Counted from the stretch's first letter, positions 1 to 8,762 are shown. The stretch: 64,000 nt of DNA from Pseudomonadota bacterium (GCA_021817985.1 JAKAFK010000005.1:24156-88155); one strand, 5' to 3'. Numbers and translations: made by a program. Notes: generated from the letters alone by a model not told the origin.

Positions 1-359
1 CGATTCTCTTCTCGCATGGCCGTTGGTGGTGGCTACGCCCCTTGCCAGCGTCACAGAGATGAGTACTTCGCCGAGCGCACCTGTGCTCGCGGGAATTGTG
101 ACAGTCGGGATCACCCAGGCGTTCAGTATCTTAACGGACCAATTGGTGCATGCCATCGGCGCCAATAGGATGAAACCGGCCGCCGGCGCCAGCCCAGGCA
201 CGGCCGCCAAGACTGGCGACATCACCATTCCGGGGGGAAGGCGCTGATGGTTCTTCGCCAGGGTTCTGCAGCGCGCATGCTTGCGGCAAGCATCCCGGCG
301 CGGATCGAGGCGGCGGATAGCATACTGCGAGTGCGCAGACGATACTGCTCAACGCCTCA

Positions 360-995
360 TCAGTCCCCCAATTGAACGAAACGGTGAGTTGCGGAGTCGT
401 AGCAGAGGAGGGTGCCGGAGTCCAAGTCGAAATGCCACCCGTGAAGTGTAAGCCTGCGCTGGGCGACACGTTCCAATATCCACGGGAAGGTCAGCAAGTT
501 GTCGAGCGAGACCAGAACAGCTTCCTTTTCGCACTCGCGCATCATGGTCTCGGGGACCTCCTGCGGGATGCGTGCGAGGACCCGATTACGCGCATGTCGT
601 GCGAGTCTCATCCAACTTCCCACAAATCCTCCCTCATCGGTGGCCTGCCCCCTTATGAGAGCTTCAATCCCGCCGCAGTGGGTATGCCCAAGCACGATGA
701 CGTGCTCCACGTTTAGCTTTCGCACGCCAAATTCAAGCGCTGCACTGGTGCCGTGAAAAGCACCGCCTGTTTCGAAGGGCGGCACCAAGTTCGCAACGTT
801 GCGGATGATGAAAAGATCACCCGGGTCGCAGTCAGTAATGATGGCCGGGTCCACGCGCGAATCGCAGCAGCCCACGATGAGCGTTTTGGGCGACTGGCCC
901 ACTTGCGTGAGTTGCCGGAAGATATGATTCTCGCCGCTGTAATGGCGTTTGCGAAACCGTTTGAACCCGTCGATTAGCTTGCTGATATGATCCAT
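360..995 (-). CDS. beta-class carbonic anhydrase (CynT-like; candidate carbonyl sulfide hydrolase)
   Basis: Lies within track ORF 360..1313. I moved the start to the ATG at 995 (MDHISKLIDGF...), where family-like sequence begins. The beta-CA zinc-ligand motifs CCDSRV and HTHCGG are readable in the translation. Confidence 0.85.
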   Translation of the reverse strand: MDHISKLIDGFKRFRKRHYSGENHIFRQLTQVGQSPKTLIVGCCDSRVDPAIITDCDPGDLFIIRNVANLVPPFETGGAFHGTSAALEFGVRKLNVEHVIVLGHTHCGGIEALIRGQATDEGGFVGSWMRLARHARNRVLARIPQEVPETMMRECEKEAVLVSLDNLLTFPWILERVAQRRLTLHGWHFDLDSGTLLCYDSATHRFVQLGD

Positions 996-1104
996 GATGC
1001 TCAACAGTAGTTGATCTGTTTGATCCTTCGGCAGGGCGGGTATTAGGTCCCACGGTGCAGGCTCCACAATCGCGGCGATCCGCCCTCCTCTTCTTGCGCC
1101 ATGC

Positions 1105-1362
1105 CTACCGCGGATGCGCCCGCATTGGCCGGCCGCCTTGCGCGTTACCCTTATGGATGGCGCACGCCTTCCGTCCGGCGCACAGCAAGGCGATGGACCT
1201 ACTCGCGCGTCGGGTTGGAGAGCAGCCCCACGTCTCGACCTGCCGAAGGCCGCTTGCGCATTGAGCCACCAATGCGCGGTCCGATACGACCCATGCACCC
1301 AGCGCCGCCGCAATCGTGGTGCCGACGCTTATGGTCAGCGCAAGCGCAATCAATCTAACCAT
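1105..1362 (-). CDS. small hypothetical protein with N-terminal hydrophobic segment
   Basis: Lies inside track ORF 1105..1572. The ATG at 1362 is 6 nt downstream of a strong AAGGAGG Shine-Dalgarno. MVRLIALALTISVGTTIAAALGAWVV looks like a signal or TM helix. No family recognised. Confidence 0.3.
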   Translation of the reverse strand: MVRLIALALTISVGTTIAAALGAWVVSDRALVAQCASGLRQVETWGCSPTRRASRSIALLCAGRKACAIHKGNAQGGRPMRAHPR

Positions 1363-1516
1363 TGCCATCCTCCTTCGGACACTTTCCCCGGATGTTTCCG
1401 GGCGGCGCTCTCCCGGGCCGGTCTGAACTCTGGTCAAAGTCTGTTTCCCGCCGAGCGAACAGGCGGTGGCCACGCATATGCAACGGTAACCGTCTCGTTG
1501 GTCAGCCCGCGCAGAC

Positions 1517-2563
1517 TCACGCATGCCCTCGTTGCGGCTGGATTGAGGCTCTCGTGACTTCAATCGAGTCATAGCGCTTGTAGCGATAGATCAGCACGGA
1601 CGCGATCCAGCTCAGGACAAAGATCCCGACGATGCCGACGCCAAGATAGCCAAAATGGTCGTTGAGGGACCCAATCCGGTCGAAAAATCCCCCTCGCAGG
1701 TTTAACTCGTGAGCAAGTAGGCCGAGCGTTTCGATTCCGCCGACAACCAGCGCGACTGCCACGGAAGCCACAGTCATGGTCAAGTTGTAGTAGATCTTCC
1801 GGACGGGCTTGAGGAATGCCCATCCGTAGGCGCTGACCATGAGGACGCCGTCGATCGTATCCATCAACGACATCCCCGCGGCGAAGAGCGCGGGGAAGAC
1901 CAGGAGCGACCATGCGGGCAGTCCTCTGGCCGATTCGACGCCCACGATCGAAAGGAGGCCGATCTCGGTTACGGTGTCGAAGCCGAGCCCGAACAGAAAC
2001 CCGATGAACAGAAGCTGCCAACTCTGGCTGATGAAAGCGAACAATGGCCTAAAAATACGAGACAGAAAGCCCCGCCCATTGAGCAACAGGTCGAAGTCTT
2101 CGTCACAGTATTCCCCGCCGCGGACGACGTGTCTGAAGGTTTTGAACGTGGCGCCGGCGATCGCCAAGTTGATTGCCGCCATCACGAAAAGAAAAACCGC
2201 CGATACGATCGTGCCTACGGTTCCGGCAACATCGTTCAATGCAAGGAAATTCTTGTCCACGTGAGCCACGGCGAAAATGATGGCGAGCGTCGCCAAAAGC
2301 ATCACCAGCGCATGCCCGAGCGAAAAAAAGAATCCCGTCAGCAGAGGTCTCTTCTTCTGCTGCATGAGCTTCCGCGTCACGTTGTCGATTGCTGCGATGT
2401 GGTCCGCATCAAAAGCGTGGCGGAGCCCAAACGTGTATGCCAAAACCGCGGCCCCCATCAGCACCGGGTTCGAGCGAAATATGAGAAGAGCCCAAGACCA
2501 TGCGGCCACATTCGCGAGGGCGAGGAAGGAAAACAGCACGCCTATCTTCCGTTTCATATTCAT
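1517..2563 (-). CDS. NiCoT (HoxN/HupN/NixA/NhlF) family nickel/cobalt permease
   Basis: 348-aa polytopic membrane ORF. It carries the NiCoT signature HX4DH (RHAFDADHIAAIDN) and GFFFSLGH. An alternative ATG at 2557 has better SD spacing. Confidence 0.9.
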   Translation of the reverse strand: MNMKRKIGVLFSFLALANVAAWSWALLIFRSNPVLMGAAVLAYTFGLRHAFDADHIAAIDNVTRKLMQQKKRPLLTGFFFSLGHALVMLLATLAIIFAVAHVDKNFLALNDVAGTVGTIVSAVFLFVMAAINLAIAGATFKTFRHVVRGGEYCDEDFDLLLNGRGFLSRIFRPLFAFISQSWQLLFIGFLFGLGFDTVTEIGLLSIVGVESARGLPAWSLLVFPALFAAGMSLMDTIDGVLMVSAYGWAFLKPVRKIYYNLTMTVASVAVALVVGGIETLGLLAHELNLRGGFFDRIGSLNDHFGYLGVGIVGIFVLSWIASVLIYRYKRYDSIEVTRASIQPQRGHA

Positions 2564-2690
2564 AACCCCTGGCTTTTTGCCGAAGGCGCGGACAATATTG
2601 CATCCGAAGATGCCGAAGCCCCTTGGCTTCCGCCACCGCTGAAGGGCGGGTCAAAACCCCGCCGCGCGTTGCCCGCCCCTCAGCATGTCG

Positions 2691-3638
2691 TCAAATCGCC
2701 GCGCGGGAGACCCTGCGGGACGGCGCAGGCCGTCTAAATCTCACGATTGCCAAGAAGACGAGTGCCATGAAGACGGTGCCGCCGACGAGATTGCCGGCGC
2801 CCGATATGAGCTCGTTGCGCAGGAAGCCGGTCGGGCCGAGTCCCCAGGTGATGGCCTGCATCGGGCCGCTGGCCGGCAAGCTCCCGCCCAGGGCCTGGGC
2901 GAGCCGGTCTTGCATCAGGAGGGGGAATACGATGAATCCCACATTCGCGATGCAGTGCTCCGTCATGCCCGCGACAAAGGCCAGAGGGCCATAGTAGGCC
3001 AGCACCATGCGCCCGACGTCGCTGCGCGCCTTGAAGAACAGGAATAGCGCGGTTTGCAGGAACCAGGTACAGATGATGCCGAGACAGAACATGGAGAGCG
3101 GATCCACGCCGGTTTTTGCAATCCCGAGCATGTGCGCGCGCTGCAGGAAAGGCAGCGTTGCATAGGGGCCCGGGCCCATGGCGATGATCCCGACGAACAC
3201 GAATGCCCCTATGATGTTGCCGATCCAGCCTACGGTGATGAATCCCAGGTAACTGCTCAACCGCATTTTTCCACGCACCAGGGCGATGAAGCCGGCGGCC
3301 ATATCGGAGGTGATCAGCGTGGACTGGGACACCAGGATGACGACGAACGAAAACCCGAACACGACCCCGCTCAGCAGATTGGCCAAGCCCGGGTTCTGAA
3401 TACCCGTGCTCACGGCAATGGCCAGAATGACCCCAAACGCGACCATGGCTCCGCCCGCCAGGGACTGAAACAGGTAGCTCAAGGGAAATTCCCACTTCTT
3501 CACGGCAACCCAGACGAGCCGCTCCAGCGTTACCTCGCAGCTGTGCGGCTCCAGCGGATCGTCGTAGGGCGTACTTGACATGGTGCCTGACCCGCCGGAA
3601 CTCCCAGGAGCCCAGTCTTCATCTACTCTTACGCTCAT
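2691..3638 (-). CDS. formate/nitrite transporter (FNT) family anion channel
   Basis: Track ORF 2691..3677. I chose the start at ATG 3638, which is preceded by GGAGAG. The protein is a hydrophobic six-helix type with an FNT-like central His motif (GMTEHCIANVGF, compare FocA GFEHSIANM). Confidence 0.85.
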   Translation of the reverse strand: MSVRVDEDWAPGSSGGSGTMSSTPYDDPLEPHSCEVTLERLVWVAVKKWEFPLSYLFQSLAGGAMVAFGVILAIAVSTGIQNPGLANLLSGVVFGFSFVVILVSQSTLITSDMAAGFIALVRGKMRLSSYLGFITVGWIGNIIGAFVFVGIIAMGPGPYATLPFLQRAHMLGIAKTGVDPLSMFCLGIICTWFLQTALFLFFKARSDVGRMVLAYYGPLAFVAGMTEHCIANVGFIVFPLLMQDRLAQALGGSLPASGPMQAITWGLGPTGFLRNELISGAGNLVGGTVFMALVFLAIVRFRRPAPSRRVSRAAI

Positions 3639-3745
3639 CGGTCTCTCCTCTTTCTCTAAATAGTGTGGTTTCGTCATCGACAGCGATCGGCGCTCAGTTT
3701 TTCGCTCTATTATGCCGCCGCTAGGGCAGCCCGCTGCCAGCTAAT

Positions 3746-3761
3746 GGAAACATGAGTGCCA
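3746..3761 (-). promoter_or_regulatory. possible sigma-54 type -24/-12 element upstream of the FNT gene
   Basis: The minus strand reads TGGCAC-N5-TTTCC about 108 nt upstream of ATG 3638. The -24 GG is good. The -12 reads TTTC instead of TTGC, and no enhancer-binding protein gene is in the window. Confidence 0.2.
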
Positions 3762-4478
3762 TGATTTCGCAAAGACAAAATTCCTATGATATGCATAGGG
3801 TTTCGCTATGATGATTAGAACAACAAGGTCCATCAGAGCATAGCGCACAAATGCTGGCGATTGATGTCCAAAAATACACATATAAACGGCGGTTTGCGGG
3901 CTCGTATTGTTGTTATTTACAGGGCGATGCCAGAGTGTCGTCATATGAGCCTTCCGGGAAAGGATAAGACGAACGCCTTCGGATTAAAAGTATTGTATGG
4001 GCCGCCTCATGGCGTGTAACAGCAGGGCGAAACATCCGGCGGCGGAGTGTCAAGGGAGAGCGGAAAAGCGAGTTGTCCTGGGGGTGTTTAACGGAACAGC
4101 CAATGGAAAACCAGACTATTTTGCCAGTATTCTTCCGATCGGAGTCACGTTGTGCAGAATGCAGATGAAAGCTGCATTTGTACATCTTTAAAGCCGTCAT
4201 GAACTGCAGCGCGTCTATTGCCCTCATGGCGCCCGTCCTGGGTGCACCTAACCCCCAACCCAGCGTCTCGCGCTCGCCGTGGCGCATTCGCGCGCCGGAT
4301 GGACAGGCGTCTGCACTGCCGCCTTCGGTGCGCGCGGCCTCGTGGGGTCTTCGGGGGGCCGGCCGACGGGATTCCGCCCGCCGCAAGCCGGAACATTCGA
4401 CGACCTAGACCGCTTGTGCCGCAAACCGAGTGCCAACAGGCTGGTCGCGGCACGTCAGCCCTGAGCGACGACGCGTCG

Positions 4479-4919
4479 CTACCAAGACTTGTACGGTAGG
4501 AACTTGCCGCTGATAATGACTCGCACGCGATCTCCTTTCGGATCAGGTTCTCTACCGACGTCCATCGTGAAGTCAATGGCGCTCATGATACCGTCGCCGA
4601 ATTTTTCGTGAATCATTTCCTTGATCGTCTCGCCGTACACGTTGAGCATCTCGTACCAGCGATAAATCACGGGATCGGTCGGGATGGCCTGCGACCAGGT
4701 CTTATGCGGAAAACGCTGCAGCGCTGCGGACACGTCGTCTCTGAGCCCCAGTATGCTCGCGACGGCGTCTGCCTGCTCCTTCTCGAGATGATTCATGCCG
4801 AGGCATGCCGAGCAGGTATATTCGGGCGACAGGCCCGCGGCCGTCCCAATGTCGTTCCATTTCAAATTTCTTTCACATTTAGCCGCAAGGATCGCCTCTT
4901 TCATTTCCGCCTTGTTCAT
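4479..4919 (-). CDS. cynS: cyanate hydratase (cyanase)
   Basis: Lies within track ORF 4479..5048, with the start at ATG 4919 (MNKAEMKEAILAAK...). The 146-aa length and the sequence match the CynS family from end to end. It is divergent from a CynR-like LysR gene. Confidence 0.9.
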   Translation of the reverse strand: MNKAEMKEAILAAKCERNLKWNDIGTAAGLSPEYTCSACLGMNHLEKEQADAVASILGLRDDVSAALQRFPHKTWSQAIPTDPVIYRWYEMLNVYGETIKEMIHEKFGDGIMSAIDFTMDVGREPDPKGDRVRVIISGKFLPYKSW

Positions 4920-5050
4920 TAATCTCGCTCCTTGTTGTTTGCCCCACGGGCCACTCGCCGAGCATGCCGAAATGGCGCCGGCGTTGAAAAACGGCACCGG
5001 TCCGTGCTGGAGGACGCGTCCAGCAAGCTGCCCCAAGTGCTGTTGCAAAG

Positions 5051-5073
5051 CGAATATGAATTGTGCGAATATT
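5051..5073. promoter_or_regulatory. direct repeat GCGAATAT x2 in the cynS-cynR divergent promoter region (candidate CynR site)
   Basis: GCGAATAT occurs at 5051-5058 and again at 5066-5073, in an AT-rich patch about 45 nt upstream of the cynR start. LysR regulators usually bind their own divergent promoter. Confidence 0.3.
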
Positions 5074-5115
5074 TTTGTCCAAGATTTAATTCCAATGGCC
5101 CGATAGGAGTTGGCT

Positions 5116-6090
5116 ATGGATCGGAATATCCTCTTCCCTCGTTCGATCCGTTATCTGCTCGCGGTGGCAGAATATCGGAGCTTCACACGAGCGGCGGAGG
5201 CGTTATACGTATCGCAGCCGACGCTGTCGCAGCAGATCAAGCAGCTGGAAGACATGCTCGACATCCAGTTACTGGACCGGACCGGGCGGACCGTCCGGCT
5301 GACTGCCGCCGGGGAAATCTATCTGCAGCATGCCCGGCGAGCGTTGGTCGAACTGGATACGGCCAAGCGTGCGGTCCATGAGCTCAATGATTTGACGCGC
5401 GGTTCGATCCGGCTGGGCATGACGCCGATCACCGATTTTCTGCTGGCTCCCATGCTCGAAGGCTTCAACGCACGCTATCCGGGCATCGCGATGAACGCAT
5501 TGGAGATGCCCCAAGATGCCATCGAGGATGCGTTGGCCGAGGACCGCGTCGATATTGGCATCGCGTTCAGCAGCACGCTGTCCCCCCGGGCGCGCTCGGA
5601 GGAGATAGACACCCACATTCTGTTCGTCGAATCGCTCTGCCTCGTCGTGGGGGAAAAGCATCCGCTGTATGGGCACGAGGGTCCTCTTGGCAAAGAAGTC
5701 ATCGAACAGGTGCCCCTCGTCCTTTTCAATACCCACTATGCCTTGCGGCGCCACATGGCGCAGTACTTCCTCCAAGAAGGGATCTCGCCGACGGTTGCCA
5801 TCGATGCGGCCTCGCTCAGCGTCATTATTGAAATCGTGCGTCAAGGCCGGCTTGGGACGATCTTGCCCAATACGATCGCCCACACGCGGAACGAGTTTCA
5901 TTCGATCAATCTGATTCCCGAGCTTCCCGCCCATGCGGTGAGTCTCATTTGCCTCAAGAACGCATACAAAAGCCCGGCGTGCCAAGCATTTGGCGGCATG
6001 ATCTTCGATTGGGCGAGCACCAAGTATCACGCGGATGTCGCACCGCCTTGCGCAATATCTGTCGCCAGCGCAGATGCGCCAGACTCGTAA
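5116..6090 (+). CDS. cynR: LysR-family transcriptional regulator, CynR-like
   Basis: Track ORF 5110..6090 starts at TTG. The ATG at 5116 lies 6 nt after AGGAG. The N-terminal HTH (YLLAVAEYRSFTRAAEALYVSQPTLSQQIKQLE) closely resembles E. coli CynR, and the gene is divergent from cynS. Confidence 0.8.
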   Translation: MDRNILFPRSIRYLLAVAEYRSFTRAAEALYVSQPTLSQQIKQLEDMLDIQLLDRTGRTVRLTAAGEIYLQHARRALVELDTAKRAVHELNDLTRGSIRLGMTPITDFLLAPMLEGFNARYPGIAMNALEMPQDAIEDALAEDRVDIGIAFSSTLSPRARSEEIDTHILFVESLCLVVGEKHPLYGHEGPLGKEVIEQVPLVLFNTHYALRRHMAQYFLQEGISPTVAIDAASLSVIIEIVRQGRLGTILPNTIAHTRNEFHSINLIPELPAHAVSLICLKNAYKSPACQAFGGMIFDWASTKYHADVAPPCAISVASADAPDS

Positions 6091-6760
6091 GCATCAAATT
6101 TTGGCAGCAGCACGTGTCCCTTCTCCGGGCCGTCATACACCAAGCGTCTGCACTCGCCGGTCGCCGAGCCTGTTTCCAGGCGTCCATGCTATAGGGCGTC
6201 AGGGGCGCCTTTCTTCTTTGAACATTTGCGCCACCGGCGTCGGCATAACCTCCTGGCGCTTTGGCGCCTCCTTGGCTCCCCATCTGACTCGGCAGTCGCG
6301 ACGGCTTTAGATCATCCGTGTGTCTGTCCCAAGGCACGCCGGGCATCGCATGACCCTATACCCCTTAGTTGTGGCGCTTGCGGGTGCTCTCGCCAGCCTG
6401 AGGGCCTTTCCCATTGCTGTTCTGCAACGCGTTGCGCGGGCCTGCATCGACGGCATTCCGGCGACGAACGGCTCGGAAATGGACGGTAATGGGATCCCTA
6501 GGGACAGGCGCGGCGATGGCTTATAGCGAAATCCTATAAAGACCATCGAAATTTGGTCTTGGAGAAAACAATTCAACGGGTTCATATTGGTGCCTCGTCA
6601 TGCTGTTCAGCACCTGGCGTCGGCTATTGACTCCAGGAAGTGCACAAGCGCGCTGACGGCGGGCGTTCACGCTGCCGCACCTCAATCTCTTGCCAACAGT
6701 CGAGAATGCATGGCGCGCCAGCGTGGCTTTGCGGTAACCACACGGAGGAGTCAAACACTT

Positions 6761-7195
6761 ATGTCATCGTCCACGAGAGAAGAAGTGCTGCGGCATCTTC
6801 AGTCCGTCGGATTTGTGCAGCCGGCTCTGCATAAGCAGACTCAGGCGCCGTATCCCGACGAAGTCGATCACACGCTCTATCGCGCGTACACCCGATCGGT
6901 GCATGACGTCGGCGGCGAAGCGGATGTGCCCATCCGGTATGAAGAAAAGGAAGAAGAGCAGTGGGAACTCAACACCTTTGCAACCTGTGAGTGCTTGGCA
7001 TGGCGCGGGGTCTGGAACGCCGAGGAACGCCGTCGCCGCCAAAACGTCGATATCGGCCAGACGGCATACCTCGGGCTTCCCTATTACGGCCGGTGGCTGC
7101 TGACCGCCGCGCGGATCCTGGTCGATAAGCAATACGTCACGTTGACCGAGCTCGTAAATAAAATTGACGAGGTGAAAAAGCGCCATGAGCACTAA
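6761..7195 (+). CDS. scnB: thiocyanate hydrolase beta subunit (N-terminal half of the NHase beta fold)
   Basis: Lies within track ORF 6587..7195, with the start at ATG 6761 preceded by GGAGGAG. The conserved core reads TCECLAWRGVWN...YLGLPYYGRWL. It is the first gene of the scnB-scnA-scnC order known from Thiobacillus thioparus. Confidence 0.85.
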   Translation: MSSSTREEVLRHLQSVGFVQPALHKQTQAPYPDEVDHTLYRAYTRSVHDVGGEADVPIRYEEKEEEQWELNTFATCECLAWRGVWNAEERRRRQNVDIGQTAYLGLPYYGRWLLTAARILVDKQYVTLTELVNKIDEVKKRHEH

Positions 7196-7556
7196 ACATC
7201 AACACGATCGATCGCATCATGCCTCGATCGCCACCGGTATCGGGGACCCCCAGTGTTTCAAGGGGAAGGCTGGCAAGCCCAAGTTCAAAGAGGGCGACAC
7301 CGTTCGCGTCAAGGACATGCCGGACATCTTCTACACCCGCTGCCAGGTCTACCCTCGCGGTGCAGTGGGTCGAGTGACCAAACTCGTCTATGAGAGTCCT
7401 GCTGCAGAAGATGAGGCGTGGGACAACACCGACAAGCCGGAATGGTTCTACAGCGTTGCGTTTAAGCAGAAGGAGCTTTGGCCGGAATACAGCGAGGCAT
7501 ACCCCAACGACACGCTGGAAACCGAGTTCTCGGAACGCTGGCTGGAGAAGGCGTAA
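7185..7556 (+). CDS. scnA: thiocyanate hydrolase alpha subunit (C-terminal half of the NHase beta fold)
   Basis: 123-aa ORF that overlaps scnB by 11 nt, which suggests translational coupling. It carries an NHase-beta C-terminal-like sequence (GDPQCFKGKAG...VKDMPDIFYTR...ESPAAEDEAW). Confidence 0.85.
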   Translation: MSTKHQHDRSHHASIATGIGDPQCFKGKAGKPKFKEGDTVRVKDMPDIFYTRCQVYPRGAVGRVTKLVYESPAAEDEAWDNTDKPEWFYSVAFKQKELWPEYSEAYPNDTLETEFSERWLEKA

Positions 7557-7597
7557 GCGCTGTAATACGCGATAGATTGGACAGGAGGAGAATGCAA

Positions 7598-8308
7598 ATG
7601 TCAGAGCATCATCATGAACCCGCGCCGGTGGTGGACGAGGTCAGCGATTTCGAGATTCTCGAGATGGCCGTCCGAGAGCTCGCCATCGAGAAAGGGCTGT
7701 TTTCCGCAGAAGACCATCGGATTTGGACCGAGTATGTTCATACCCTGGGGCCAACGCCGGCCGCGCGGCTAGTGGCCAAGGCATGGCTCGATCCCGAGTA
7801 CAAGAAGCTTTGCGTCACGGATGGCGTCGAGGCCAGCAAGGCTGTCGGCGTCGACTGGGTCAACAGCCCGCCGACCCATTTCGGTACCCCGAGCGACTAC
7901 TGCAACCTGCGTGTCCTCGAGGACACGCCGACCCTGAAGCACGTCGTGGTGTGTACTCTGTGCTCGTGTTACCCGCGGCCGATTCTCGGCCAATCGCCGG
8001 AATGGTATCGGACCCCGAATTATCGCCGGCGCCTTGTCCGGTGGCCTCGCCAAGTCCTGGCGGAATTCGGCTTGCAGCTCCCTTCGGACGTGCAGATCAG
8101 GGTCGCCGACTCCAACCAGAAGACCCGCTACATCGTTATGCCCGTGCGCCCTGCGGGAACCGACGGCTGGACCGAGGATCAGTTGGCCGAAATCGTCACC
8201 CGCGATTGCCTGATCGGCGTGGCGGTGCCGAAACCCGGCGTCACTTCCAACACAACGCGCCCGATCCACAAGGCGGTCCATCCGGTTGAGCACGGGCACG
8301 GGCATTAA
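7598..8308 (+). CDS. scnC: thiocyanate hydrolase gamma subunit (NHase alpha homologue, cobalt type)
   Basis: Lies within track ORF 7478..8308, with the start at ATG 7598, 7 nt after AGGAGGAG. The metal-binding motif VVCTLCSCYP is present; Thr in CTLCSC marks the cobalt type. Both the N-terminus and the C-terminus are His-rich. Confidence 0.9.
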   Translation: MSEHHHEPAPVVDEVSDFEILEMAVRELAIEKGLFSAEDHRIWTEYVHTLGPTPAARLVAKAWLDPEYKKLCVTDGVEASKAVGVDWVNSPPTHFGTPSDYCNLRVLEDTPTLKHVVVCTLCSCYPRPILGQSPEWYRTPNYRRRLVRWPRQVLAEFGLQLPSDVQIRVADSNQKTRYIVMPVRPAGTDGWTEDQLAEIVTRDCLIGVAVPKPGVTSNTTRPIHKAVHPVEHGHGH

Positions 8309-8339
8309 GGCGGTTGTCTTCGACGGAGGGCCCATGGCC

Positions 8340-8759
8340 ATGTCAGAAGGAAAGAATCACGGTTCTGGAAATGCGCAGTCGCTAGCAGAGCAAGGGCCGA
8401 TCGCGCTGCTGGAAGATGTCCGCAACCGTGGGCGGGTTTGGGAAGACTTGGCAGCGCAGTATGGCGTCACCAACCCCGACCCCCCATGGAAGGTAACACT
8501 GGACGCGACCTGCGACATCCTGGCTGCCAGTTCGAATGTCTTGCCCCATGGGCAGGTTGTTCCTGGGTCATGCGCTTTGCCATTGCTTGAGCGCCGCGCG
8601 GAAGAGGACGATCTGGCCGCAACGCTATACGCGGACGTCGCCTATCCCGAGCGGACGCTTCTCGCATTGGCCCATTCCATGATCAGGCATGGGCTGTTCG
8701 ACGAGGAGGAACTGGCTCGTCAGATCGAAAGGGTCGGGCACCGCCTAAGAGACGTCTGA
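8340..8759 (+). CDS. SCNase/NHase activator (P15K-like accessory protein)
   Basis: Track ORF 8286..8759. Candidate starts are ATG 8334 and ATG 8340, both after GGAGGG. The product is about 15 kDa and sits directly downstream of scnC, like P15K. Its C-terminal part (PERTLLALAHSMIRHGLFDEEELARQIE) resembles the NHase beta N-terminal helices, as the known activators do. Confidence 0.6.
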   Translation: MSEGKNHGSGNAQSLAEQGPIALLEDVRNRGRVWEDLAAQYGVTNPDPPWKVTLDATCDILAASSNVLPHGQVVPGSCALPLLERRAEEDDLAATLYADVAYPERTLLALAHSMIRHGLFDEEELARQIERVGHRLRDV

Positions 8760-8762
8760 GGG

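Noticed and set aside
1-247. Edge ORFs. The plus frame ends at 247 (...LAGIVTVGITQAFSILTDQLVHAIG...). A mirror minus-strand frame starts at ATG 228/222 (MVMSPVLAAVPGLAPAAGFILLAPMA...) and runs off the window.
   Set aside because: Both frames are open and have similar third-position GC content. Neither has a convincing SD or a recognisable motif, and the gene is cut by the window edge, so I cannot decide strand or identity.
5954-6760. Several 60-130-aa ORFs in the 670-bp cynR-scnB spacer, including an SD-preceded 15-codon ORF on the minus strand
   Set aside because: None has a recognisable motif, and all overlap one another in different frames. The region is more likely the scn promoter or regulatory region, and I found no clear operator in it.
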